DNA of 60,637 bases from Actinomycetota bacterium (lineage in GTDB: Bacteria; Actinomycetota; Acidimicrobiia; Spongiisociales; UBA5794). Shown here piece after piece: positions 1 through 10,694 of this stretch. The translations under genes and the position numbers were made by a program. The notes beneath the pieces are model-generated. The model was not told the origin of the DNA, did not search any database, and was given only the letters and a program-made list of their open reading frames with translations. The DNA lies in assembly GCA_030123765.1 (NCBI GenBank), contig JASJXX010000005.1:1-60637 (forward strand). Direction: 5' to 3'. The first letter of the stretch is position 1. Each line of letters opens with the position of its first letter.

Positions 1-576
1 GTGCGTGTAGCCCAGGGGCACCCGTCGGTGGGAGATGCTGTCGATCGCGTGCGTCGCCGCGTGTGGGGGGTCGTGCTCTACGGACCATTCATGGTCTCGA
101 TCCTCTTCATGGTCTCCCTCCCTCCCCTCATGCTGTTGGCAGTGGTGGATCCGACGGGTGTGCTCGTCGTGCTCCTCATGGTTGGATTGCTGGTCGGGGG
201 AGTGGTATTTCTCGTCGGATCGTGGGCGGTCGTTCCCTCGTTCACGATCTCAGATGTGCGCTTCCGCCACGTGTTTCGCGTCGTGTGGAACGGTGTCCGC
301 AACGGAGGGCCGCGCTTCGTAGGGATCTTGACGGTTTTCGGAGTTATGTCGTGGACCATCACCGGAGTGGCAGAATCCGTCTTCGGAGACGTGTTGCCCT
401 TCGGAGCGTCGACTCTCGTGCAGATACCAATCCTCGGCTTTGTCTCCGCGTGGTACGCGGGGACGGCCGGGTACCTCTGGATCGACGAAGCGTCGAACGT
501 AGCGGTAGAGCTGGAGAACACGGAGGGCGAGGAGGTCACCGAGTTGACGATCGTCTGCAGCGACCTCGCTACGTGA
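1..576 (+). CDS. Hypothetical integral membrane protein, probably 5'-partial at the window edge
   Basis: ORF open from base 1 with several long hydrophobic segments; no recognisable motif. Confidence 0.6.
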   Translation: MRVAQGHPSVGDAVDRVRRRVWGVVLYGPFMVSILFMVSLPPLMLLAVVDPTGVLVVLLMVGLLVGGVVFLVGSWAVVPSFTISDVRFRHVFRVVWNGVRNGGPRFVGILTVFGVMSWTITGVAESVFGDVLPFGASTLVQIPILGFVSAWYAGTAGYLWIDEASNVAVELENTEGEEVTELTIVCSDLAT

Positions 577-1426
577 GAGAGACGAGACTCTCGCTCACGT
601 CCCACAGCCGATCAGCCTGGTCGCTGTCGTGCGCGTGGCGGGTCGACCTGGCCGGCTCGCGATCCGAGAAATAGATGCCCTGAGAGGTGTCGATCGAAGG
701 CTCGGTAGCGAGCCAGATGACCGTGTCTGCCCCCTCTTCAGGAGTGCGCATCCAGCGCTTTCCGAATCTGGTAGCTGCACGAACGATGGTTGATCCTCCA
801 CGACCGCCGAAGGACGTGCCCACGACGCCTGGGTGGAGGGCGAAGGCCTCAACGGTTGGCCCCATGCGAGCGTTGACACCGTGGGCGTGCAGGATGTTGG
901 CGAGCTTGGAGTGCCCGTATACGGTCATCATGCGGTACCGGCGGTTCTCCCAACTGAGATCGTCGAAGAGGATCCCCTCCTTCGCGTGAGTGTGGGCGAC
1001 CGACGAGACGTTGATCACCCGCGATCGTCTGGCACCCTCAAGCAACTCGGCGAGAAGCACGGTGAGGAGGAATGGGCCGAGATGGTTCGTCGCGAAAGTC
1101 AACTCGTGACCATCGACTGATTCGCGGCGTGAGCCGAACACACCTCCCGCGTTGTTGATGAGTACCCCGAGATCTTCTTCACGTCCGCGGAACCGGCGCG
1201 CAAACGCGCGGACCGAAGTGAGATCTGCGAGGTCGACCAGGTCGAGGTGGACGTTGCCGCCGGTCTCCTCGGTGATAGCGGCGCGCGCCTGCTCTCCCCG
1301 TGCGGCATCGCGCGACGTGATGGTGACATCTGCTCCTGAACCTGCGAGCGCCGTAGCTGCGGCCAACCCGATACCCGAGCTGCCACCTGTGACAAGCACA
1401 TTTAGACCCTCAATGTTCCACGCCAT
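569..1426 (-). CDS. SDR family oxidoreductase (retinol dehydrogenase/WWOX-like)
   Basis: TGGSSGIG Rossmann motif, NNAG, TNHLG and catalytic YGHSK (YxxxK); start trimmed to ATG at 1426. Confidence 0.9.
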   Translation of the reverse strand: MAWNIEGLNVLVTGGSSGIGLAAATALAGSGADVTITSRDAARGEQARAAITEETGGNVHLDLVDLADLTSVRAFARRFRGREEDLGVLINNAGGVFGSRRESVDGHELTFATNHLGPFLLTVLLAELLEGARRSRVINVSSVAHTHAKEGILFDDLSWENRRYRMMTVYGHSKLANILHAHGVNARMGPTVEAFALHPGVVGTSFGGRGGSTIVRAATRFGKRWMRTPEEGADTVIWLATEPSIDTSQGIYFSDREPARSTRHAHDSDQADRLWDVSESLVSLT

Positions 1427-1570
1427 GGAAGGAACGTAGTATCCGGGGAGAAGTACACCGAGCGTAGACGGTCGCCTCGGTGGCCTGGTTCCTGTCGTCG
1501 GTCGCTCCTGTGCCGACTCCGACTTCCCCCTTCGCCCTGCTTGGAGTAGCGTGGAGACCGGAGGTTGAGT

Positions 1571-1942
1571 ATGCGACTGGAAGCACTCGTCGGAGACGGT
1601 GCAGCGATAGTAGGCCCTGAAGCGACGTTGCTCGAAGTGGCCAGAGCCATGGCTACGCAGAAGACTGGCGCGGTCGCCGTCGTTGACCGCACCGGGATGA
1701 TCGGGATCTGCACGGACCGTGATCTCGCGATGGCCATCGGTGACGGTTACAGCCCTGACGATCCCGTTACGAGTTGCATGACGGAGTCCCCCGACGTGGT
1801 GGAACCCGATGTGGGCGTAAGCGACGCAGCAGCGTGGATGCTCGAGACCGGCTATCGGCATCTCCCCGTGATGTCGGGCGGAGAGTTGCTGGGAATCGTT
1901 GACATGCGGGATGTGCTCTGGGCGCTGTTCCCAAAGGGGTAG
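1571..1942 (+). CDS. CBS-domain (tandem pair) protein
   Basis: GAVAVVD..GICTDRDL and YRHLPV..LLGIVDMRD CBS repeats; GGAGG RBS upstream. Confidence 0.9.
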   Translation: MRLEALVGDGAAIVGPEATLLEVARAMATQKTGAVAVVDRTGMIGICTDRDLAMAIGDGYSPDDPVTSCMTESPDVVEPDVGVSDAAAWMLETGYRHLPVMSGGELLGIVDMRDVLWALFPKG

Positions 1943-2035
1943 ACATCTCCACGGACGAGAGAACATTGCGGTGAGTCGTCTGTCGCGTCGTCCTGCGGTA
2001 CGCTCCACCCGGTCGACGGGGAGGTACCCAGCCGA

Positions 2036-2881
2036 GTGCGAATAGCCGCCGCGATGGCAGTGACGGCGCTGCTCACGGTCTTGTTGTGCTTCGCCACGTT
2101 CGCCTGGTGGTTCGACGACGCTGTGGTGAATTCTGAGAACTTCGTTGGCTCCACCGTTCGGGCGTTCGCAGAAGGGACGTCACGTGACGCGGCAGGTCAC
2201 CTGATCGTCGAGCGGCTGGTTGAACGATATCCGTTGCTCGTCGTCCTCGAGCCGAACCTCGTCGACATGTTCGTTGACCTGCTCGATACGCCAGAAGTTG
2301 GTGTCGTGATCAGCGTCGTCACTGCCGACATCCACGAACAGATCATGTCCGGCAGCCGGGAGGCTGTCGTCGTCAGCCTGGTCGATCATCGCGACTCGAT
2401 TCTTGCGCCGATCGAAGCCGATGCCCCATCGCTCGCCCGTGTGATCCCGAGCAGTTGGTTCGTCTCCATTGAGATCGTGGAGGCTGGAGAGCTCCCCGAC
2501 TTCTCCCCCTACGCCACGTGGGTGGAGATCGTGCGCGTCGTCACGTTCTTGGCGGCTGTCCTGCTGGTCGCGACCCTGCTGTGGCTCGTTCGTCGAAGAG
2601 GGAGAGCCTTGACGTTGATCGGCGCAGCGTTCGTGGCGGCCGCTTTTGTCGCCAGGATCCTCGTTCCCGCAGGTCGCACGATCGTCGCTCAGGGTATTGA
2701 GCGATCACACATCGCGACGATTGCTATCAACCTCTACGACGAGTTCACGAGATCGCTCTTCCTGCGGGCAGCGCTGCTCGCCGGTGTCGGTACCGTTCTC
2801 ATCGTGTTCGGTGTCGCACTGTGGTTAGCGCTCGACGAACGGGACAGGGCTGCTGCCAGGGAGCGTCAGGGCATCGCGTGA
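2036..2881 (+). CDS. Hypothetical membrane protein
   Basis: N-terminal TM helix, soluble middle region, three C-terminal TM helices. Confidence 0.7.
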   Translation: MRIAAAMAVTALLTVLLCFATFAWWFDDAVVNSENFVGSTVRAFAEGTSRDAAGHLIVERLVERYPLLVVLEPNLVDMFVDLLDTPEVGVVISVVTADIHEQIMSGSREAVVVSLVDHRDSILAPIEADAPSLARVIPSSWFVSIEIVEAGELPDFSPYATWVEIVRVVTFLAAVLLVATLLWLVRRRGRALTLIGAAFVAAAFVARILVPAGRTIVAQGIERSHIATIAINLYDEFTRSLFLRAALLAGVGTVLIVFGVALWLALDERDRAAARERQGIA

Positions 2882-2941
2882 CGTGCGGCGACGACGCTGC
2901 TCGCCGGCGTACAGCCCCCGAGCCCGGGTACCGTTGCGCGC

Positions 2942-4963
2942 ATGTATCCACCTGTTGCACCCGCACAGCCCCACACTCGTTCCATCCACGGAGATGTCAC
3001 CGAGGACCCGTGGTTCTGGCTGAACGAGAAGGACACTCCCGCAGTCATCGAGCATATCGAAGCGGAGAACGTGTACACGGAGAACGTCCTGAAGCCGACC
3101 GTCGCCCTCCAGGAGACGATCTTCACGGAGATCAAAGATCGCACGCAGGAGACCGACCTCACCGTTCCTGCCCAACGTGGAGGCTTCTGGTACACGACCC
3201 GAACTGAGGAGGGGAAGGCCTACGCGATTCGGGTTCGGATGGCTGGCGGGCCTCACGGCGCCCCCCAGTTGGTGCTCGACGAGAATGTCGAGGCTGAGGG
3301 GGAGGCGTACTTCAGGCTCGGCAATCTCTCGGTGAGCGAGGACCACCGCTTCGTTGCTTACTCGACCGACACCACGGGCGACGAGAGCTACACGACGAGA
3401 ATCAGGGAGATCGACTCACAGCAGGATCTCCCCGACATTCTGGAAGAGTGCCGATACGGGTTGGCCTGGTCCAACGATGGTTCCTACCTCTTCTACACGA
3501 TTGCAGATGAGGCGCTCCGCCCCTTCCAGATCTGGCGTCACGAGATCGGCACAGATCAAGCCCGAGACGTCATCGTCCACCAGGAAGACGACGATCGTTT
3601 CTACCTCGGGCTCGGCAAGACTCGTTCAGGCAGTTACATCGTCATCTCAGCCGGGTCCGCCGTCACCGAGTCGACCTGGGTGATTCCTAGCGACGACCCC
3701 ACCAGCGAACCACGCGAGGTGCTTCCGAGGGTCGGAGGAGTCGAGTACGCGATCGACCATCGAGGCGACGTGTTCTGGATTGTGAGCAATGACGAGGGAA
3801 CCGACGGCCGCCTCGTCACCGTCCCCGTCGAGGGTGGGTCACCGACCGAGGTCGTCGGGCATGAGAGCGGCAGGAAGCTCATCGCCCCAATGTGTTTCGC
3901 CGACCATGTCCTTGTCTGGGGGAGAGCGGATGGGCTCCCTGCGATCTTCGAAGTTCGGGGCTCGGTGCTCGTCCCGATCGAATTTGATGAGCCGATCTAC
4001 GAGGTGACACCGGACGCCAACTACGAGTTCTCGACATCGAGCGTGCGCTACGCGTACGAATCGTTCGTGACGCCAAGAAGCGTGTATGACCATGACCTCA
4101 CGACAGGTGAACGCACGCTGCTCAAGCAGACACCCGTCCTGGGGGACTTCGACGCGGCTCTCTACGTCCAGGAGCGCCTCTGGGCGCCATCACGCGACGG
4201 GGTGCAGATCCCGGTCAGTTATGTGCGCCACGTCGACACACCTGTTGATGGCACTGCACCGCTATTGCTGTACGCGTACGGTGCGTATGAGACGTCGATG
4301 CCGGTCAGGTTCTCGATCGCCCGTCTCAGTCTGCTCGAGCGGGGTGTCGCGTACGCGATTGCGCACGTACGCGGGGGAGGGGAGATGGGGAAGGCCTGGT
4401 ACGAGGATGGCAAGCTCGCGAAGAAGATGAATACGTTCTTCGACTTCGTAGATGTAGCGTCCTTTCTTGGAGAGACAGGCCACTGTGCTCCAGATCGCAT
4501 CGCTGCGCGCGGCGCGTCTGCCGGGGGACTCACGATGGGAGCTGCACTGAATCTCGCACCGCGGTCCTTCGCCGCGATGGTGGCTGAGGTGCCGTTCGTT
4601 GATGTCACCAACACGATGCTTGATGCCGAGCTGCCCCTCACCGTGGTTGAGTGGGAGGAGTGGGGCAATCCTGAGCTCGCCGAGGAGTACGCGTGGATTC
4701 GTGCGTACGCGCCGTATGAGAACGTCGAGGACGTTGCCTATCCGCCGCTGCTCGTGACCGCAGGACTCAACGATCCGCGCGTGTCGTACTGGGAGCCAGC
4801 GAAGTGGGTTCAGCGGCTGCGTGAGCGCTCCACATCGGGCGCAGAGGTACTTCTCAAGACGGAGATGTCGGCGGGCCACTTTGCTCGGTCAGGCCGATAC
4901 GACCTGTGGCGTGACGAAGCGATCGTTCTGGCGTTCGTGTTGACACGGCTCGGTGCTGTCTAG
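2942..4963 (+). CDS. ptrB: Oligopeptidase B (peptidase S9A)
   Basis: DPWFWL N-terminus, HVRGGGEMG, GASAGG nucleophile, NDPRV (Asp) and AGHF (His). Confidence 0.95.
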   Translation: MYPPVAPAQPHTRSIHGDVTEDPWFWLNEKDTPAVIEHIEAENVYTENVLKPTVALQETIFTEIKDRTQETDLTVPAQRGGFWYTTRTEEGKAYAIRVRMAGGPHGAPQLVLDENVEAEGEAYFRLGNLSVSEDHRFVAYSTDTTGDESYTTRIREIDSQQDLPDILEECRYGLAWSNDGSYLFYTIADEALRPFQIWRHEIGTDQARDVIVHQEDDDRFYLGLGKTRSGSYIVISAGSAVTESTWVIPSDDPTSEPREVLPRVGGVEYAIDHRGDVFWIVSNDEGTDGRLVTVPVEGGSPTEVVGHESGRKLIAPMCFADHVLVWGRADGLPAIFEVRGSVLVPIEFDEPIYEVTPDANYEFSTSSVRYAYESFVTPRSVYDHDLTTGERTLLKQTPVLGDFDAALYVQERLWAPSRDGVQIPVSYVRHVDTPVDGTAPLLLYAYGAYETSMPVRFSIARLSLLERGVAYAIAHVRGGGEMGKAWYEDGKLAKKMNTFFDFVDVASFLGETGHCAPDRIAARGASAGGLTMGAALNLAPRSFAAMVAEVPFVDVTNTMLDAELPLTVVEWEEWGNPELAEEYAWIRAYAPYENVEDVAYPPLLVTAGLNDPRVSYWEPAKWVQRLRERSTSGAEVLLKTEMSAGHFARSGRYDLWRDEAIVLAFVLTRLGAV

Positions 4964-4984
4964 GAGCTCTTTGTGAGTCCGCGG

Positions 4985-5353
4985 CTACTCGTCGACGTCC
5001 GGGTCTCTGCACTCAAGGAAGACATCGTTCTCTGTTGCATCGGAGGGGAGGACGCCGGGTTCGACGATGTAACGGAGGTGCGACCGGTCGGTGCACCCTG
5101 TGACGATGTCCTTGCTTGCACTCCACACCTTGAGCAGTAGGCCGTGAGGAATGTTCTCCGCCCCTACGATCTCGGTCAGTCCGAGCTCACGCACCTCGGT
5201 CTTGACCAATTCCAGGATGTCGAAGACTCCGACGTTCTGTCGCTCCTGTTCGAGGTCAGCACTCGCCCGCTTCTTGCTCTTAGAGGATTGGCGCGAGAGG
5301 AGGGCAAATACAACCAGGAGGGCGATGACGGTGAGAATGACCGCGGCGGTCAT
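4985..5353 (-). CDS. Hypothetical protein with N-terminal membrane anchor
   Basis: Start overlaps the stop of manC (ATGA); N-terminal TM followed by basic residues. Confidence 0.65.
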   Translation of the reverse strand: MTAAVILTVIALLVVFALLSRQSSKSKKRASADLEQERQNVGVFDILELVKTEVRELGLTEIVGAENIPHGLLLKVWSASKDIVTGCTDRSHLRYIVEPGVLPSDATENDVFLECRDPDVDE

Positions 5354-6786
5354 CGTCTGGTCTCCGGCCGGGCGGATGCATTGGTGTCTGTCGTGGCGTC
5401 ATCCTCCTCGATGTGTGAACCGAGACCGACCTCGATCACCTCGATCGTCTCCTCTCCCGGGTTCTCGAGACGATGGGCTTCTCCGGGAGGGATGTGCACA
5501 AACTCGTTCGTCGATAGGAGCCTGGTCATCTCGCCTATGGTGATGCGAGCTGTCCCCTGGACGACGAGCCACTGAGTGGAGCGCTCCGGGTGCACCTGGA
5601 TCGGGATCCCGGATCCAGGGTCGAGCCACAGGCGGAGCACCCGGTAGCCCGGGCCCGAACTGACCGTCTGGAACCCGCCCCATGGGCGCAGTACCGTACC
5701 GTCGGTTCTGAGTTCGACCCTGTTCTGCGCCTGGAGACTGTCGACGATCTCTTTGACCTCCTGGGCTGAGTCGCGAGCAGCAACGAGGAGCGCGTCGGGT
5801 GTGTCGACGATGATGACGCCGTCGATCCCGACGGTCGCGATGAGTCGAGTCGAGCCCCGGACGTAGCTCCCGGTCGTCTTGAACGAGGTGACGTCTCCGA
5901 TCAGAACGTTCCCTGCCTCGTCCTTCTCGGCAATCTCCCACAATGAAGCCCACGAGCCGACGTCGTTCCAACCCGGGTCGGTCGGAAGGACAGCAGCCAT
6001 CGAGGTCCGCTCCATCACCGCGTAGTCGATGGAGTCCGAGCGGCAGGCCCGAAAGGCCTCCTCGTCGAGGTAGATGCGGCTCTTGGCTCGTTCGGCGCCG
6101 TCATACGCCGCACGGGCTGACGTGGCGATGTCCGGCGCGTGTTTCGCAAGTTCTTCGAGGTAGCGCGAAGCCTTCATGAGGAACATGCCTGAGTTCCACA
6201 GATACTCGCCGGACGCGACGTATTCGGCTGCAGTGTCATCGTCGGGTTTCTCCTTGAAAGCAGCAACGCGGCTCACCGTATCGGTGACCGGCTCCCCAAC
6301 CTTGATGTAGCCGTAACCCGTCTCAGGATGCGAAGGGGTAATGCCGAACGTCACGAGGTAGCCGTCTAAGGCCGTCTCGGACGCGAGCCTGATGGCTTGC
6401 TGGAAGACCTGAGCGTCTCGTATTGTGTGATCGGCAGGGAGAATGAGGAGGAGGGGATCGGACGCCCCGATCGCTTCGTGCGCGGCGACTGCGATGGCAG
6501 GAGCGGTGTTCCTTCCGACAGGTTCGAGGATCAGGACAGCATCCGGATATCCCGCAGCGACCATCTCGCGCGTTGTCGCGTCGGCGTGATCCTTGTTGGT
6601 GACGATGATTGGTCGTTCCGTTGTCTCGAGTGCCGCGACCCTGTCCACTGTCGCCCGCAACATCGATCGCTCTTCCACGAGCGGGAGAAGTTGCTTGGGC
6701 TGCATCAAGCGTGAGGCAGGCCAGAGCCTGGTGCCGCTCCCTCCAGAGAGGATGACGGGCACGATCGTGCGGCTGGCGTTAGTCAC
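5350..6786 (-). CDS. manC: Mannose-1-phosphate guanylyltransferase / mannose-6-phosphate isomerase
   Basis: PVILSGGSGTRLWP, EPVGRNTAPA, FKEKP, WNSGMF, SIDYAVME and C-terminal cupin (RPWG..HRLENPG). Confidence 0.95.
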   Translation of the reverse strand: MTNASRTIVPVILSGGSGTRLWPASRLMQPKQLLPLVEERSMLRATVDRVAALETTERPIIVTNKDHADATTREMVAAGYPDAVLILEPVGRNTAPAIAVAAHEAIGASDPLLLILPADHTIRDAQVFQQAIRLASETALDGYLVTFGITPSHPETGYGYIKVGEPVTDTVSRVAAFKEKPDDDTAAEYVASGEYLWNSGMFLMKASRYLEELAKHAPDIATSARAAYDGAERAKSRIYLDEEAFRACRSDSIDYAVMERTSMAAVLPTDPGWNDVGSWASLWEIAEKDEAGNVLIGDVTSFKTTGSYVRGSTRLIATVGIDGVIIVDTPDALLVAARDSAQEVKEIVDSLQAQNRVELRTDGTVLRPWGGFQTVSSGPGYRVLRLWLDPGSGIPIQVHPERSTQWLVVQGTARITIGEMTRLLSTNEFVHIPPGEAHRLENPGEETIEVIEVGLGSHIEEDDATTDTNASARPETRR

Positions 6787-6832
6787 GTCAGGAGAGTGCG
6801 CTGAGTTGGCTGCCGGCTACAAGGCACTGCTG

Positions 6833-8824
6833 TCACTCCGTGGCTTGCGGGATGTGCTGAAGGTCGTCGCAGGCTTCCGGAGTTCCGAAGATCGTGAGGC
6901 GGTCCCCGGTCCTGATGGTCGTGTCACCATGGGGCACGAGGACGGACGTTCCGCGCTGAACCGAGACAAGCACGACGTCAGCAGGCCATTCGATGTCCGC
7001 GACGTCGCGGTTTGCAAGAGGCGATCCCTCCTCGATAGCCATGTCGAAGAAGTCTGCGCCTGGCTGGGACCGGATCCGCGTTCGTTCGCGATACAGCTCC
7101 TTCCCCTTGGACATGGAGAGGGCTTGCTCGTAGGCCCTGACGACCGAGATCCGTCGGAACATCCCGACGACATGATTCGTGTTCTGGGGGTCCACGACCG
7201 GCAATCTGCCGACACCAAGGGATGCCATGCGAGCGAGTGCGGTCGCGACGGGCGCATCGGGCGTGATCGTGATGACGTCCTTCGTCATCGCATCCGCGAC
7301 GGTGGCGGTCATCGACGGTCCCCCTGCCTTCGTGATATCCGACAGGGTGATGATGCCAACGAGGCGGTCCTGGTCATCGAACACGGGAGCTCCATGATGA
7401 GTCGTGACGTCGAAGAATTCGGCGGCCTCCGCGAGCGTGTTCCATCGATGGAGCCCCCCATCGACGGGCAGCATGACGGCATCGACCTGCACTGTGTCAA
7501 GGAGGTCGATGTCCTCCGACTTGGGGAGCGTGATGCCCTGACGCTTGAGTGGCATGGTGTACGCGGACTCGGGATGGATGCGGTCTCCCAGATACGTGGC
7601 GAGCGCTGCGCCGAGCATGAGCGGAAGCACGAGCTCGTAGTTGCCCGTAATCTCAAATACGATGATCACCGAGGTGAGCGGAGCCCTGGCAATCGTCGCG
7701 AAGGTGGCAGCCATGCCGACCACAGCGAAGGCGCCCGTGTTGATACCGTCGATGGCGAACATCTCCTGCATCAGGATCGCGAACGCCGCTCCGATGGACC
7801 CCCCGATGACGAGGCTCGGCATGAAGGTGCCTACAGAACCGCCGCCTGCCCTGGTAAACGCTGAAGTCGCGATCTTCGCGAGGGCGATGAGAGCGAGGCC
7901 CCACCACACGTACTTCCCTGGACCGTCGAGCCGCAAGAGGCCGGAGAGGAAGTTCTGGCCTGAGCCGAGCGAGGCCGGCGAGACAATTCCGATGAGCGCG
8001 ATGGAGAGCCCGAAGAGGATCGGGCGGAACCATTTCGGAATACTTGACGGAAGAGACGATGCTGCGGTCATCTCAAGGACTCGCATGTACAGGATGCCGA
8101 AGACGACTGCGATGACCGCCAGGAGCGCGTACAGAAACAGATGGATAGGATTTCCGAGGGAGTGTGACGGGGAGGAGAGGATGAGTCCTTCACCGACGAG
8201 AAGCTGGGTGGTCACAGCGGCCGCGACTGAGGCGATCACGACGGCGTTGAGGTGGCGGATCGCGAAGGAACCGAGGATCACCTCCATGGCGAACATCATC
8301 CCGGCGATCGGAGCGTTGAAGCTCGCGCCTATGCCTGCACCTGCGCCCGCCGCGACGAGGCTCCTGATGCGATCGTGGTCGAATCTCGTGTACCTCGCGA
8401 GAGTCGATCCCAGCGACGCCCCGATGTAGGCGATCGGTCCCTCTCGGCCTCCCGATCCGCCTGTGCCGAGGGTGAGCGCCGTCGCCGCCATCTTGGGGAT
8501 GATCTTGGACGTTGGCAGGTAGCCGCCGTGCATGCCCATCCCGATCATCGTCTCTGTCACACCGCCACCGGAGACGCCGGGGCCCCACCGCCGATCGATG
8601 AGCCACGAGAGAGTGAGACCTACCGGGATCGTCAGAGCAACTGCCCAGACTCCCCAGCGAGACCAGACTCCGTACGCGTGCGTGTTCTGTTCAACGAGAT
8701 CGATGATGCCGACGAGGATCGCCGCGGCGAGACCGACGAGGAGTCCTAGCACTACAGCAGCGATCAGGAACGAGGCTGAGCCGCGTTTCCTGGTGGCTGC
8801 CTTGAGAGCTGTGACGATGCGCAT
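6833..8824 (-). CDS. ClC chloride channel/antiporter with CBS pair and C-terminal TrkA-C (RCK_C) domain
   Basis: GSGGREGP, FNAPIAG, ARAPLT..FEITG, then CBS repeats and EEGSPLAN..VPHGDTTIRTGD. Confidence 0.92.
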   Translation of the reverse strand: MRIVTALKAATRKRGSASFLIAAVVLGLLVGLAAAILVGIIDLVEQNTHAYGVWSRWGVWAVALTIPVGLTLSWLIDRRWGPGVSGGGVTETMIGMGMHGGYLPTSKIIPKMAATALTLGTGGSGGREGPIAYIGASLGSTLARYTRFDHDRIRSLVAAGAGAGIGASFNAPIAGMMFAMEVILGSFAIRHLNAVVIASVAAAVTTQLLVGEGLILSSPSHSLGNPIHLFLYALLAVIAVVFGILYMRVLEMTAASSLPSSIPKWFRPILFGLSIALIGIVSPASLGSGQNFLSGLLRLDGPGKYVWWGLALIALAKIATSAFTRAGGGSVGTFMPSLVIGGSIGAAFAILMQEMFAIDGINTGAFAVVGMAATFATIARAPLTSVIIVFEITGNYELVLPLMLGAALATYLGDRIHPESAYTMPLKRQGITLPKSEDIDLLDTVQVDAVMLPVDGGLHRWNTLAEAAEFFDVTTHHGAPVFDDQDRLVGIITLSDITKAGGPSMTATVADAMTKDVITITPDAPVATALARMASLGVGRLPVVDPQNTNHVVGMFRRISVVRAYEQALSMSKGKELYRERTRIRSQPGADFFDMAIEEGSPLANRDVADIEWPADVVLVSVQRGTSVLVPHGDTTIRTGDRLTIFGTPEACDDLQHIPQATE

Positions 8825-8907
8825 TGCATTCCTGACGGTAACGCTATACCTGATGCACTTCCACTGATGTTCGGGAACACAGCGAAGATGCATTACGTTG
8901 TCCCGGT

Positions 8908-9564
8908 ATGTTCACGCGAAACACGACTGCAGGACCCGGTGTCGACGCTTCGCCTTCCGCAGGGCTGGACCGTTCCGACGAGCTGAGCGGCGTCCACTTC
9001 GTCAGCGGAGAATCGATCGTCGAGCCCTTCCCTGAGGGTCTGGATGTCGCATATATCGCGATGGGGTGCTTCTGGGGCGCCGAGAGGGTGTTCTGGGAGT
9101 TACCGGGTGTGCACACGACGGCGGTGGGGTACAGCGGTGGATTCACTGAGAACGTGACGTACGAAGACGTGTGCACCGGGAGGACCGGCCACGCTGAAGT
9201 CGTGCTCGTCGTCTACGACCCTGTGGAGGTTCGTCTTGAGGCCCTGCTCGGAAGTTTCTGGGAGGGGCACGATCCGACACAGGGCGACCGGCAGGGCAAT
9301 GATGTCGGCAGCCAGTACCGGTCCGCGATCTATTGGACGTCCGATGCTCAGAGACTGACCGTGGCGGCGTCACGAGATGCCTACCAGAGCCGTCTCTCTG
9401 ACGCTGGACTCGGCAAGATCACCACGGAGCTCGCCGTGGCCGGCGAGTTCCATTACGCCGAGGAGTACCACCAGCAGTACCTCGCAAAGAACCCCGGTGG
9501 CTACTGCGGCCTCGCGGGAACCGGCGTGGCGTGTCTCGTCGGTCTCGATGTAGACCCCGGGTAG
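8908..9564 (+). CDS. msrA: Peptide-methionine (S)-S-oxide reductase
   Basis: GCFWG active site, [26 protein letters not shown]. Confidence 0.97.
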   Translation: MFTRNTTAGPGVDASPSAGLDRSDELSGVHFVSGESIVEPFPEGLDVAYIAMGCFWGAERVFWELPGVHTTAVGYSGGFTENVTYEDVCTGRTGHAEVVLVVYDPVEVRLEALLGSFWEGHDPTQGDRQGNDVGSQYRSAIYWTSDAQRLTVAASRDAYQSRLSDAGLGKITTELAVAGEFHYAEEYHQQYLAKNPGGYCGLAGTGVACLVGLDVDPG

Positions 9565-9640
9565 CGGCCTGCTACCGCTCCGTCTCGTCCGGTGATCTCC
9601 GCTGTCTTGGCGTGATGATGCAGTTGCCTGGTACGGCGTG

Positions 9641-10624
9641 TCAGGGCAGTTCGTAGACCGCGATGTGTGGCTCGCTCAAGTTACCGATGTACAACCTGCC
9701 GTCGTGGAATCGGGCAGATGTGGTGATCGCTACCCGGCCTGAGGAGTCCTGGAGATTGTGGACGAGGCGCCCCTCGGTGTCGTACCCGAGGACGATCCCG
9801 TGCTTCAGAGGTTCCGGCTTCAGCCTGTCCGGCATGCGGTAGGTGAGTCTCCGCATCCACGGCCTTGGCAGCATGAGGTCGACAATTCTCTGCCTCGGGG
9901 ACGCCATGGATACCCACAGGATGCCGTCTGTGAAGGTCAGGTTGTCAGGAAAGCCAGCGACGTTATCGAGGAAGAGCTCCGTCTCCCCCGACCGCTCACC
10001 CGTGAGCCAGTGCCGGTGAACCCGGTAGGTGCCCGTCTCGGCGATGAAGAGCGACTCCTGTTTCTCGTCAAGCGCCACCCCGTTGGCGAAGTGCAGCCCA
10101 TCGGTGACGAGTGCAACGGATCCGTCGGGTGTGACAGCAAAGACTCTGCCCGTCGGTTGGCCTTCGAGGAGATCCGCGAGGTACTCGCCGAACGTCCATC
10201 GAGTGGAGCTGTCCGAGAAGTAGATCGTCCCGTCGTCCGCTACCGCGGCGTTATTGGTGAAGATGAAGTCAACGCCGTCGAACTCACGCACAATGGGCGA
10301 GACCTCGCCGCTCAGGGTGACACGCTGAAGCCCGAGATCAGCGTTGCACACGACGAGGACGCCGTCATCGAGCCACTCGATACCGAGGGGCCTGCCGCCG
10401 ACGTTCGCGATCTCATCTATCGCGCCGGAGCTTGCAACGCGCACGATCCTGCCGTCCTCCAGCCCTGCGATCGCGGAGCCATCTGCCTCGACGACGACGT
10501 CCTCCGGGCCGAGGCCGGGTGTCGGCCAGAGCTCGGCGGAAGCCAACACGTCGTTCTTCTCAAGTTCACCGGTGAGGGGGGGCGCAGGGAGCGGCTGCCA
10601 GGATTGAGGTCTGAAGGTGGTCAT
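9641..10624 (-). CDS. Strictosidine synthase-like / SMP-30-gluconolactonase beta-propeller protein
   Basis: GPEDV, GGRPLG, IYFSDSS, LHFANGV, GFPDN; start set at ATG 10624. Confidence 0.88.
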   Translation of the reverse strand: MTTFRPQSWQPLPAPPLTGELEKNDVLASAELWPTPGLGPEDVVVEADGSAIAGLEDGRIVRVASSGAIDEIANVGGRPLGIEWLDDGVLVVCNADLGLQRVTLSGEVSPIVREFDGVDFIFTNNAAVADDGTIYFSDSSTRWTFGEYLADLLEGQPTGRVFAVTPDGSVALVTDGLHFANGVALDEKQESLFIAETGTYRVHRHWLTGERSGETELFLDNVAGFPDNLTFTDGILWVSMASPRQRIVDLMLPRPWMRRLTYRMPDRLKPEPLKHGIVLGYDTEGRLVHNLQDSSGRVAITTSARFHDGRLYIGNLSEPHIAVYELP

Positions 10625-10694
10625 CGGGAGCACCCTAACGGCGAAACGGCCGTGGAGCACGTAGAGTGCGGACGCAACCGAAGAGGAGCGAGCC

